Positions 1 to 7,251 of a stretch of DNA of 64,000 bases are shown here, piece after piece. Positions within the stretch are counted from its first letter, which is position 1, and every line of letters starts with the position of its first letter. Both the position numbers and the translations under genes were made by a program. The stretch is from Candidatus Lloydbacteria bacterium RIFCSPHIGHO2_02_FULL_50_18. Its GTDB lineage: Bacteria; Patescibacteriota; Minisyncoccia; Phycocordibacterales; UBA6899. The DNA lies in assembly GCA_001821395.1 (NCBI GenBank), contig MHLM01000015.1:1-64000 (forward strand), read 5' to 3'. A model generated the notes under the pieces. It ran no database searches. It was not told the DNA's origin and saw nothing but the letters and a program-made list of their open reading frames with translations.

Positions 1-50
1 CTGAAGAGCGCTGTGATGATAAGTAGCGTGATGATAAATACTAATTCCAT
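1..50 (-). CDS. 5' end (first 16 aa, MELVFIITLLIITALF) of a hydrophobic membrane protein that continues beyond the window edge; probably the next membrane subunit of the hyf/Mrp-like operon
   Basis: ATG at 50-48 on the minus strand, preceded by AAGGA. The frame stays open to the window edge. It sits directly downstream of the HyfE-like gene. Confidence 0.3.
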   Translation of the reverse strand, partial: MELVFIITLLIITALF

Positions 51-54
51 GGTG

Positions 55-702
55 TTAATCCTTTAGTTTATTCATTGTGGTGACAATGTTTGATCCAAAT
101 TGCTCATAGATCATCGTTACAAATATCGTGGAGATGATGATCCAAACAAAAATATCGAAGATGATACCGATCTGTAACCCGGGAAATTGTTCAAGTCCTG
201 CAAAAATAGCAAAAACAACGATACTGTTTTCTAGCGATAAAATGCTTATGATCTGCGAAATTGCCTCCTTGCGATTTATGATCATGAAAAGAGAAATGAA
301 TATCCCGGAAAGCGCGATGGCCAAAATACCTTGGTGCAGAGGAATGATGTTCGTCAGCGGAAGTAGTCGCTGCGAGTGCGCCAAGAAGGTCAGCATGGCA
401 ATGACAATAAGCGTGAGCGGCATATTGAGATAGGTGCTTACCGAAAATGACAGTTGATGTTTTTCTATTAACCGAATAAAAAACATCGGGGCGAGGATGA
501 CCTTGATCACAAGGGTGAGCAAAACGAGCAGCAATACATATAAGTTTCTCGTCTCCAGATATGAGCTAAGGAAGATCATCATTACTGCAAAAGACTGTAT
601 ACCGAATACCATCGCTGCCAGATAATTTTTTTTTGTCAGGTTAAGGAAAATGAGGGAGAGAAAAATGAGACCTGCAAAGAACTGTAATATTGAGATATCC
701 AT
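55..702 (-). CDS. HyfE-like (NuoK-related) small membrane subunit of a hydrogenase-4/formate-hydrogenlyase-type complex
   Basis: 215 aa, multi-pass hydrophobic protein. Its size and position downstream of NuoL-like and NuoH-like genes match hyfE. Confidence 0.55.
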   Translation of the reverse strand: MDISILQFFAGLIFLSLIFLNLTKKNYLAAMVFGIQSFAVMMIFLSSYLETRNLYVLLLVLLTLVIKVILAPMFFIRLIEKHQLSFSVSTYLNMPLTLIVIAMLTFLAHSQRLLPLTNIIPLHQGILAIALSGIFISLFMIINRKEAISQIISILSLENSIVVFAIFAGLEQFPGLQIGIIFDIFVWIIISTIFVTMIYEQFGSNIVTTMNKLKD

Positions 703-703
703 A

Positions 704-1633
704 TTATAAGTAGATAAGACCTATTGCCACGGCATTAAGAATAAATGAAACGATCAACAGGTCAGGTAAACGAAAAAATCTGAATTTTGCCATCACTGAT
801 TCAATGACTGCGATAATAGCGGCAAACACACCCAACTTAAGGAAGAAGGCGGATAAGCCGATGATGAGCGCCCCGACCGATTCCGACGCGGCAAGACCTA
901 TTGGAAAGAAGACATTCGCACCGAGCATGAAGAAAATGACCAATTTATTAGCCGAAGCCCACTCCATCAACGCCAATTTTTTTCCGGAATATTCCAATAT
1001 CATTGCTTCGTGGATCATTGTGAGCTCAAGGTGCGTCGCAGGATTATCGAAAGGAAAACGCGCGGTCTCCGCCAGGAGAATGATGAAGAAACCGCTGAAT
1101 GCCAATATGGTTGGAATAAGATATTGCCCGTCAAAAAACAATGTATTACCTGATATGGTAAAAAGATCCGCAGTACCTGTCATGATCGCAATGGTCAATA
1201 AGGAAAAAATAAATCCCCCTTCCGCCAGTGCGGAAAGCGTCATCTCTCGACTTGAACCGAAACCACCGAATGCACTCCCCACGTCCATTCCCGCAAGTGC
1301 CAAGAAAAATGTTCCTATCGCAAGCGTATAGACGATCACAAGCATATCACTCATGAGGTGTGTACTCGAAAAAGAAGAAAATAGTGGAATACTTGCACCC
1401 GCAATGATCGTTACCCCAAAGACAACATACGGGGCTGCGCGAAATATCCAGGAAGCATCACTACTTACAACCTCATCTTTATAGAAAAGCTTTCGGAGGT
1501 CACTATACGGCTGTAATACACTTGCACCATCGCGGTTCTGCAATCGTGCCTTTATTTTTTTTATGATACCAACTGCAAGCGGTGCTACCGACGGTACAAG
1601 TATTATCTGAGTGAGCAAAAAGAAAAGATCCAT
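704..1633 (-). CDS. HycD/HyfC/NuoH-like membrane subunit (complex I subunit 1 family)
   Basis: 309 aa. The N-terminus LVPSVAPLAVGIIKKIKARLQNRDGASVLQPYSDLRKLF resembles the HycD/NuoH N-terminal consensus. About 8 TM helices. Confidence 0.8.
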   Translation of the reverse strand: MDLFFLLTQIILVPSVAPLAVGIIKKIKARLQNRDGASVLQPYSDLRKLFYKDEVVSSDASWIFRAAPYVVFGVTIIAGASIPLFSSFSSTHLMSDMLVIVYTLAIGTFFLALAGMDVGSAFGGFGSSREMTLSALAEGGFIFSLLTIAIMTGTADLFTISGNTLFFDGQYLIPTILAFSGFFIILLAETARFPFDNPATHLELTMIHEAMILEYSGKKLALMEWASANKLVIFFMLGANVFFPIGLAASESVGALIIGLSAFFLKLGVFAAIIAVIESVMAKFRFFRLPDLLIVSFILNAVAIGLIYL

Positions 1634-1639
1634 AAGTTT

Positions 1640-3691
1640 TTACAGTACAACGTATAATGAAATGATCAACGCGATAAAAATATAGGAAATATAGACATTG
1701 ATATTTCCACCTTGAATATTCTTCACTCGTAACGACAAGCCGTTGATCATTGTATTGATCGGTTCATAAAAATACTGTTGATACATATCAATGACATGCA
1801 TTGACACCTTCCCCGAATGTGAAAAATACCTACTCTGCTCATCGTGGTACCTTACCTCACGCTGAAGGCTTGGCTTCAGGACAGACTTAAAGACAAGAAT
1901 GATGGACCGAGCAAAACCGGTTGAAGTAATTTCCATCCGGGGTCCAAGAGTTGTGCCACAATCCCACGTTTTTCCGACGACTATTTTTTGTTTTCTGTTC
2001 ACAAGAAAGCGTACCGATATGACCACGATGCCAAAGACAACCGCGAAGAAACCGAGTATGACGGGGGCGGAGACGCGCGCGAAGCCGTCGGTAAGCAGAA
2101 GTCCGAGTTTTGGGGTAACAGAAACAAAAGACGTCGTAGTGTGAAAAATATCCAAACTTGCCGCGATTTGCTCAAGGAACCTTGTCACATATCCGGAAAA
2201 GATGCCAAAAAAGATAGTAACGATGGAGAGCAACCCCATGGCAACACGCATTGGCATGGCTGATTCCTTTGCGTGCAGGACTTCCCCGCTTCTCGGACGA
2301 GCAAGAAATATCGCTCCAAACGCTTTTGCGAAACACATCAATGCCAGCCCTCCGGTAAATACGAGCGAAGAAGCGGCGAGCACGAATATCCATCTCAACG
2401 AATAATGGAAGCTTGTTATGCCCTGAAACAACGACTGATATGTTAACCACTCACTGAAAAATCCGTTCAACGGGGGCAGTGCGGAGATCGCCATTGAACC
2501 GATAAGGAAGAAGAGCGCAGTCGATGGCATATATTTTATCAGGCCTCCATATTCTTCCATGTTCTTGGTATGTACCTCATTGATCACCGATCCGGCGCTC
2601 AAAAAGAGTAGCGACTTAAAGATCGCATGATTGATCGTATGAAAGAGGGCCGCAATAAAACTGAGCAATGCAAGTGAAGGGACTCCCAGAGTATAGAAGA
2701 TCAGTGCGCTACCAAGCCCAAGCAAGATGATGCCGATATTTTCGATACTGTGATACGCTAGCAACCTCTTAATATCATGCTCAGTAAGTGCATAGAGCAC
2801 TCCAAGTAAAGAAGAGACCGCACCGATGACCAACACTGTCTCACCCCACCACAATGGCACGGGCTGTAGTATGTCGAGGAATAATCTCATCATCATATAG
2901 ATACCGGTCTTGATCATGACACCCGACATGAGCGCAGAAACGTGAGAAGGAGCAGCCGGATGCGCCGCAGGAAGCCAAATATGAAGCGGGATGATACCGG
3001 CCTTTATTCCGAAACCGATCAGCGCAAAAATAAAGATCGCATTTTTGACAGACTGAGGTACAAGCGCTATCCCCGATGCAATAGCTGAAAAGTCAAAAGA
3101 ACCGGTGTACTTATAGAGGAACAAGAAAGCCAAGATAATGAACGCCGTCCCGACATAGGTCATGACGAGATACAGTGAGCCCGCTTTGATATTTGCCGGA
3201 TCGTTGCGATCATAGACAACGAGAAAGTAGGAGGCGATAGACATCAATTCCCATGCAATGAGAAAAAATAATGCATTTGCTGAAGATACGACCAAAAACA
3301 AACTCAGGAAGAGGATGTTATAAAAAAACCCAAGCGTCCCTAGCTGATATTTCCCGTAGTAATGCGTAACGTAACCGAATGCATAGACAGAACAAAAAAC
3401 ACCAATGAGCGAGATCGCAAATATAAAGAATGAAGAAAGTAGATCAACATGAAAAGAGAACGAGAGCAAGGAAAAAGGAGAACTCCCGATCATGAAATCA
3501 TACTCTTTACCCGCATAGATCGCAGCAGATGAAAAACATAACCCGAGAGCTGTGCCAAGTACCGCAAAAGAATTACTCCACCAATTTGTGACTTTGTCAT
3601 TTTTTTGCAAAAAAAGCGAGCCGATCGCGCCTGCTCCGAACAGCGCAAGCGCCGTAAGAAAAAATAGAGGAGAAAGTATTATTGTAAGCAT
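1640..3691 (-). CDS. HyfB/HycC/NuoL-like antiporter-type membrane subunit (NADH dehydrogenase subunit 5 / MrpA family)
   Basis: 683 aa polytopic protein with the conserved NuoL/MrpA-type core (WLPAAHPAAPSHVSALMSG, AYHSIENIG). Confidence 0.8.
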   Translation of the reverse strand: MLTIILSPLFFLTALALFGAGAIGSLFLQKNDKVTNWWSNSFAVLGTALGLCFSSAAIYAGKEYDFMIGSSPFSLLSFSFHVDLLSSFFIFAISLIGVFCSVYAFGYVTHYYGKYQLGTLGFFYNILFLSLFLVVSSANALFFLIAWELMSIASYFLVVYDRNDPANIKAGSLYLVMTYVGTAFIILAFLFLYKYTGSFDFSAIASGIALVPQSVKNAIFIFALIGFGIKAGIIPLHIWLPAAHPAAPSHVSALMSGVMIKTGIYMMMRLFLDILQPVPLWWGETVLVIGAVSSLLGVLYALTEHDIKRLLAYHSIENIGIILLGLGSALIFYTLGVPSLALLSFIAALFHTINHAIFKSLLFLSAGSVINEVHTKNMEEYGGLIKYMPSTALFFLIGSMAISALPPLNGFFSEWLTYQSLFQGITSFHYSLRWIFVLAASSLVFTGGLALMCFAKAFGAIFLARPRSGEVLHAKESAMPMRVAMGLLSIVTIFFGIFSGYVTRFLEQIAASLDIFHTTTSFVSVTPKLGLLLTDGFARVSAPVILGFFAVVFGIVVISVRFLVNRKQKIVVGKTWDCGTTLGPRMEITSTGFARSIILVFKSVLKPSLQREVRYHDEQSRYFSHSGKVSMHVIDMYQQYFYEPINTMINGLSLRVKNIQGGNINVYISYIFIALIISLYVVL

Positions 3692-3692
3692 A

Positions 3693-4289
3693 TTATTTTG
3701 CAGTTAGGGATCTCTTATCCACGACCTCCAGTATGTGCAGAAGCCCGAGCAAAATATCTTTGGGTGAGGGTGGGTCGCCGGGGATATGATAATGAACCGG
3801 GATGACAGAATCCACGCCGTCCATGACTGCATATGAACCCCTGAAGATCCCTCCATCAAGCGCATCATCACCGATCGCTACCACGATCTTAGGTTCCGGG
3901 GTCGCTTCATAGGCGTCCTTGACCGCCGAAGCCATATTTCTTGTAACTGGTCCTGTGACAAAAAGCATATCGGCATGGCGAGGAGAAGCGACAAAATGTA
4001 TACCAAAACGTTCAACATCGTAAAAATTATTCGATAGCGCAACCAATTCCTGCTCGCAGGCATTGTCGGAACCGGCATCAACCTGCCTTATTGCGAGCGA
4101 ACCATGAAAAAGGCGCTTAATATTATCGCGTACTTTTTCTCCCACCTCCGCATACGCTGCATTCGCAATATCCCCAGAGTCTATGCTAATGACATTATTT
4201 GGTGTCTTAATTATTTTGAGAAAAATATTCAACATATTTACCATTATGAAACGTCTAATACACTCGGACGAAATCGCTATCCCCCTCAA
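3693..4289 (-). CDS. NuoB/HycG-like small subunit (group 4 hydrogenase / complex I 20-kDa family) lacking most [4Fe-4S] Cys ligands
   Basis: Aligns along its length to E. coli HycG/NuoB (ERFGIHFVASPRHADMLFVTGPVT, IPVHYHIPGDPP). The canonical Cys positions read A-G-S-D-N-A-C, GDDALDGG and GDPP. Confidence 0.75.
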   Translation of the reverse strand: MRGIAISSECIRRFIMVNMLNIFLKIIKTPNNVISIDSGDIANAAYAEVGEKVRDNIKRLFHGSLAIRQVDAGSDNACEQELVALSNNFYDVERFGIHFVASPRHADMLFVTGPVTRNMASAVKDAYEATPEPKIVVAIGDDALDGGIFRGSYAVMDGVDSVIPVHYHIPGDPPSPKDILLGLLHILEVVDKRSLTAK

Positions 4290-4532
4290 CTATTTTTTCA
4301 GAAAAATCCACACAAATTGAACCCCATACCACAGATACCATGCTAACCATAAAACGAAATATGGTTGCAACTGGTGCAACTAATAGAATAAATATATGCA
4401 ATTTTTAAAATTAAGTCAAAAAATGGACATACTGAAGCCCTTTTCTGCCATTCTCGCTTCAAGAATGAACGGAGTGTCATTAGGAAAAATTGGTCGCGCA
4501 AAGCTCTTCGATTCCTGTTGGAGGAAATTCCA

Positions 4533-4572
4533 ATGCCGGGAATCTCGGCTACCGCCGCGGGTGATATTCAAT
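4533..4572. repeat. Repeat copy 1: 8-nt antisense tRNA-Pro 3' fragment (atgccggg) fused to a 34-nt element GGAATCTCGGCTACCGCCGCGGGTGATATTCAAT (identical at 25107-25140)
   Basis: Direct string identity between the two loci; a diverged third copy lies at 17406-17450. Confidence 0.7.
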
Positions 4573-4735
4573 CTCGACGACTCGATAATGAATATCCTTT
4601 CGATTCTCGTCGACAGTGCCGCAGAGTGAGAATCGGTCACGAGTTACTAAGCTTTTTATTTCGCTACGCTCATAAAAATCTAAGTACTCTCGACCCCGAC
4701 TCGCTCGCCTCGAAGACTCGGCATAGCTCCGTCTT

Positions 4736-4825
4736 TCGATCCCCGGGCGGGACTGAGGCAGCTCAGTCCCTCATCCCGACCATATGAAAAAACACCTGAT
4801 GGCGTTTTTTCATATGGTCGGGATG
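4736..4825. repeat. Plus-strand inverted partial copy of the tRNA-Pro 3' half (T-loop through CCA) interrupted by a 9-bp hairpin with a GCAG loop, followed by a 21-bp perfect inverted repeat that includes the real tRNA-Pro 3' end; also a bidirectional terminator
   Basis: ttcgatccccggg (4736-4748). Hairpin gggactgag-gcag-ctcagtccc (4749-4770). catcccgacca (4772-4782). Arms 4772-4792 / 4805-4825 with loop cacctgatggcg. Confidence 0.6.
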
Positions 4826-4888
4826 CCGGGAATCGAACCCGGTTCTTGCGAACCCGAATCGCAAATACTACCGGTGTACTACATCCCG
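4815..4888 (-). tRNA. tRNA-Pro (anticodon CGG), CCA encoded
   Basis: Manual cloverleaf: acceptor CGGGATG/CATCCCG with the C1:G72 pair typical of bacterial tRNA-Pro. Anticodon stem TGCGA/TCGCA, loop TTCGGGT, T-arm CCGGG-TTCGATT-CCCGG. 74 nt. Confidence 0.85.
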
Positions 4889-4955
4889 TCTATTCTCTGA
4901 CGGTTCCAACTCAATAAATAACTCATCTACTATACTCCACAAAACACCTTCAACG

Positions 4956-5189
4956 CTAGAGCCCGGTGAGCGCCGTTGAATAACTATCTAAAAACGAAGG
5001 GATCACAAGCACGAGCCCGATGAGTGGAATAATGAATACTGCAAGCGTGATCACCATCGTCCAAAAGAAATATTTTCTCGTCTTCTCTACTGAGACGTAT
5101 ATTGCATCGATCTTCCCCTCAAGCGTCTCAAGTTTTTTGTTTATTTCTGTTTCCATATTGCAAAGTGTAGCACGAGAAAATTCTTCCAA
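4956..5189 (-). CDS. hypothetical small protein (N-terminal coiled-coil, C-terminal TM helix)
   Basis: 77-aa ORF lying between the tRNA and the DUF2207 gene. Confidence 0.35.
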   Translation of the reverse strand: MEEFSRATLCNMETEINKKLETLEGKIDAIYVSVEKTRKYFFWTMVITLAVFIIPLIGLVLVIPSFLDSYSTALTGL

Positions 5190-5300
5190 ACAGCCTTGAG
5201 CGCGAGGCGTGGGGAAAGTGATGAGGAAGACTTATTCGTATAAGTTGACCGAATCACAGGGGTCCCCACAACAAAGTGGGCAAGGTTGTTTGGAGGGATT

Positions 5301-7082
5301 TTACCAACTTCCGCCACCACCGCCACCACCACCGCCTCCCGACATACCTCCCCCGCCCGAACCTCCGCCCGCACTTGCGAACGCAGTGCCCGCACTCGTA
5401 CTAAAGGCCCCCATCGAAGCTGCCAGCGCGGCCGCATTAAACCGTACCCCGCCGCCCTGGTACCAACGTTCGGCATCTTTCTTCGTGTACATGTCCACAA
5501 ACTTTTCCGCCCAGGCTTTCTCGACACCAAAGATCATCGCGTATGGAAGAAATCGTTCAAACGTTTTTGGCTCTTTTTCCGGTGCGTTTGCAAAATCGAT
5601 GCGATCCTTCTCCGCAACGGAGAGATATTCCTTAAACCCCTCGATCTCTTCACGCGCAATAGCACCCTGCTGTGTCCGTTTGCCCATAAAGTATCCGAAG
5701 ACCGTGACGATGACACCTGAAACAATGAGTGCCAAATTCCCGAATGAAAGCAGTGAGCCGATGACTATCAATGCGATACCTGTCAGCACGTAATTCCTCG
5801 TCGTGACCTGCGGATCCGTTTCAAAATAACCCAAAGAGGTGAGATCGACAGCGATGAGCTTTGATAGTTCACTCCTCACATCGACAAACTTGTGCGCAAG
5901 GGTTGATACGAGCACCGTTTCCCCGCTCGCACGAAGCGTATCGTAAAGCATTTTTTCCGGTGCAGTAAGCAGGCTCGTATCAACGCCGGGGAGAAAATGC
6001 AGTCGATGATCTTCGTTTGTGACCAACAGTCTCTTTTTCTTCGTACGCTCGATAGTGAGCAATCCGCGCACGGCGAAGTCGATGATCGCTGCTGATATTG
6101 TTTTGGGCTTGAGATCCGAGTGATACAAATATCCGAGCTCAAGTGTCGTCAAATGCTTCGGTATATCGTATTGCGCGATGATCGTCCCCCGGCCTTTTGG
6201 ATCGCGACCCTTTTTCCACCAGATATTCCACATGACCACGAATACGACAAGCGGTATGAGTGCACTCATGCCAAGAAAATCATTTTTCCACCAGCGATAG
6301 AATCCCACACTGTCTGCGAGTTTTTTCACCGATGACTTTGGAGCAATGAGGAATATGCCCTTCGGTATCCCTACGGCAACGGTCATTCCCTCATTTGAGT
6401 GCAGCGAGCCATCATAGGTAAAACGTACGGAATTGATGATTCCCGTTCCCTCTTGCGGAGTGGACGATGCGGTGCACAATGCAGTGCTTCCCAGGGGACC
6501 AACATAACACGCACTTGAAATACTATTTTCGTTGAGCGGAAGCGGCAGGATCACGTCAGTACGTACTGCGGCGATAGTTTGCTTCCATTCATTCCCCGTG
6601 ACATTCCAATAGAACTCATCCTTGCCTGCCAACCCCTGATTGATCGCACCCCAGACCGTGTAATGAATGACGTAGAGCTGTCTTCCCGTGACCTCAACAT
6701 CAGGGTCGCCGATCTTCAACTCCATATAATTCCCTCCGCCCGAATACTTCGACTCCCGGAGGTTTCCCTTGCCGTCCGTGACCATGATACTTGAGATCTC
6801 TATGCTGCGTGCTGCACGCTCTCCCGGAACGGTGAAAGTGAGCGGAATGCGACGATAGATCCCATGTCGCACTTCACCATCCGGATTAAAACTATAGACG
6901 ATCTCTTCTTGCACGACAGCACTACCGTTCGGTTTCAACTCGATATGCGCAGTGAATGCGTCGATAGAGTCATCCGCGAACGCGAAAAAAGGCGTCAAAA
7001 AAAAGAAAGCAGCACAGACCAGTCGAAGAAACCGATGATCAGTCATTGTCACCGAGCTTCTTTTTAACGTCCTCGAATTCAT
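5301..7082 (-). CDS. DUF2207-family membrane protein (signal peptide, extracytoplasmic domain, TM segments, Gly-rich C-terminal tail)
   Basis: 593 aa. Domain layout and the terminal GGGSGGGGMSGGGGGGGGGGSW tail match DUF2207. The start could alternatively be ATG 7046 (MTDHRFL). Confidence 0.6.
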   Translation of the reverse strand: MNSRTLKRSSVTMTDHRFLRLVCAAFFFLTPFFAFADDSIDAFTAHIELKPNGSAVVQEEIVYSFNPDGEVRHGIYRRIPLTFTVPGERAARSIEISSIMVTDGKGNLRESKYSGGGNYMELKIGDPDVEVTGRQLYVIHYTVWGAINQGLAGKDEFYWNVTGNEWKQTIAAVRTDVILPLPLNENSISSACYVGPLGSTALCTASSTPQEGTGIINSVRFTYDGSLHSNEGMTVAVGIPKGIFLIAPKSSVKKLADSVGFYRWWKNDFLGMSALIPLVVFVVMWNIWWKKGRDPKGRGTIIAQYDIPKHLTTLELGYLYHSDLKPKTISAAIIDFAVRGLLTIERTKKKRLLVTNEDHRLHFLPGVDTSLLTAPEKMLYDTLRASGETVLVSTLAHKFVDVRSELSKLIAVDLTSLGYFETDPQVTTRNYVLTGIALIVIGSLLSFGNLALIVSGVIVTVFGYFMGKRTQQGAIAREEIEGFKEYLSVAEKDRIDFANAPEKEPKTFERFLPYAMIFGVEKAWAEKFVDMYTKKDAERWYQGGGVRFNAAALAASMGAFSTSAGTAFASAGGGSGGGGMSGGGGGGGGGGSW

Positions 7083-7248
7083 TTTCCAATTCCTTAAGAC
7101 GCTCTTTACTTGCCTTGATAAGCTCGGCCCCTTCCTTCACTTTCTCAATCCCTTTTTCAACGTCGATCTCTTCTTGCGACTCGAACCACTCCGTGATGGC
7201 GCGAAGTTTTTTCATCATCTCGGTTATATTGGCTGTGCTTTTTGGCAT
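7039..7248 (-). CDS. xseB: exodeoxyribonuclease VII small subunit
   Basis: 69-aa helical acidic protein (EEIDVEKGIEKVKEGAELIKASKERLKELENE) immediately downstream of xseA. Confidence 0.7.
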   Translation of the reverse strand: MPKSTANITEMMKKLRAITEWFESQEEIDVEKGIEKVKEGAELIKASKERLKELENEFEDVKKKLGDND

Positions 7249-7251
7249 ATA

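Noticed and set aside
128-3400. Multiple plus-strand ORFs (128-433, 804-1331, 1899-2144, 1988-2263, 2202-2405) inside the hyf-like membrane genes
   Set aside because: All lie antisense within strongly supported minus-strand membrane-protein genes. Their composition is low-complexity and they lack RBS.
5209-5793. 194-aa plus-strand ORF with a Pro12 run (PPPPPPPPPPPDIPPPPEPPP)
   Set aside because: It is the antisense reading of the Gly-rich tail of the minus-strand DUF2207 gene. The poly-Pro comes from GGN codon complements; there is no start context.
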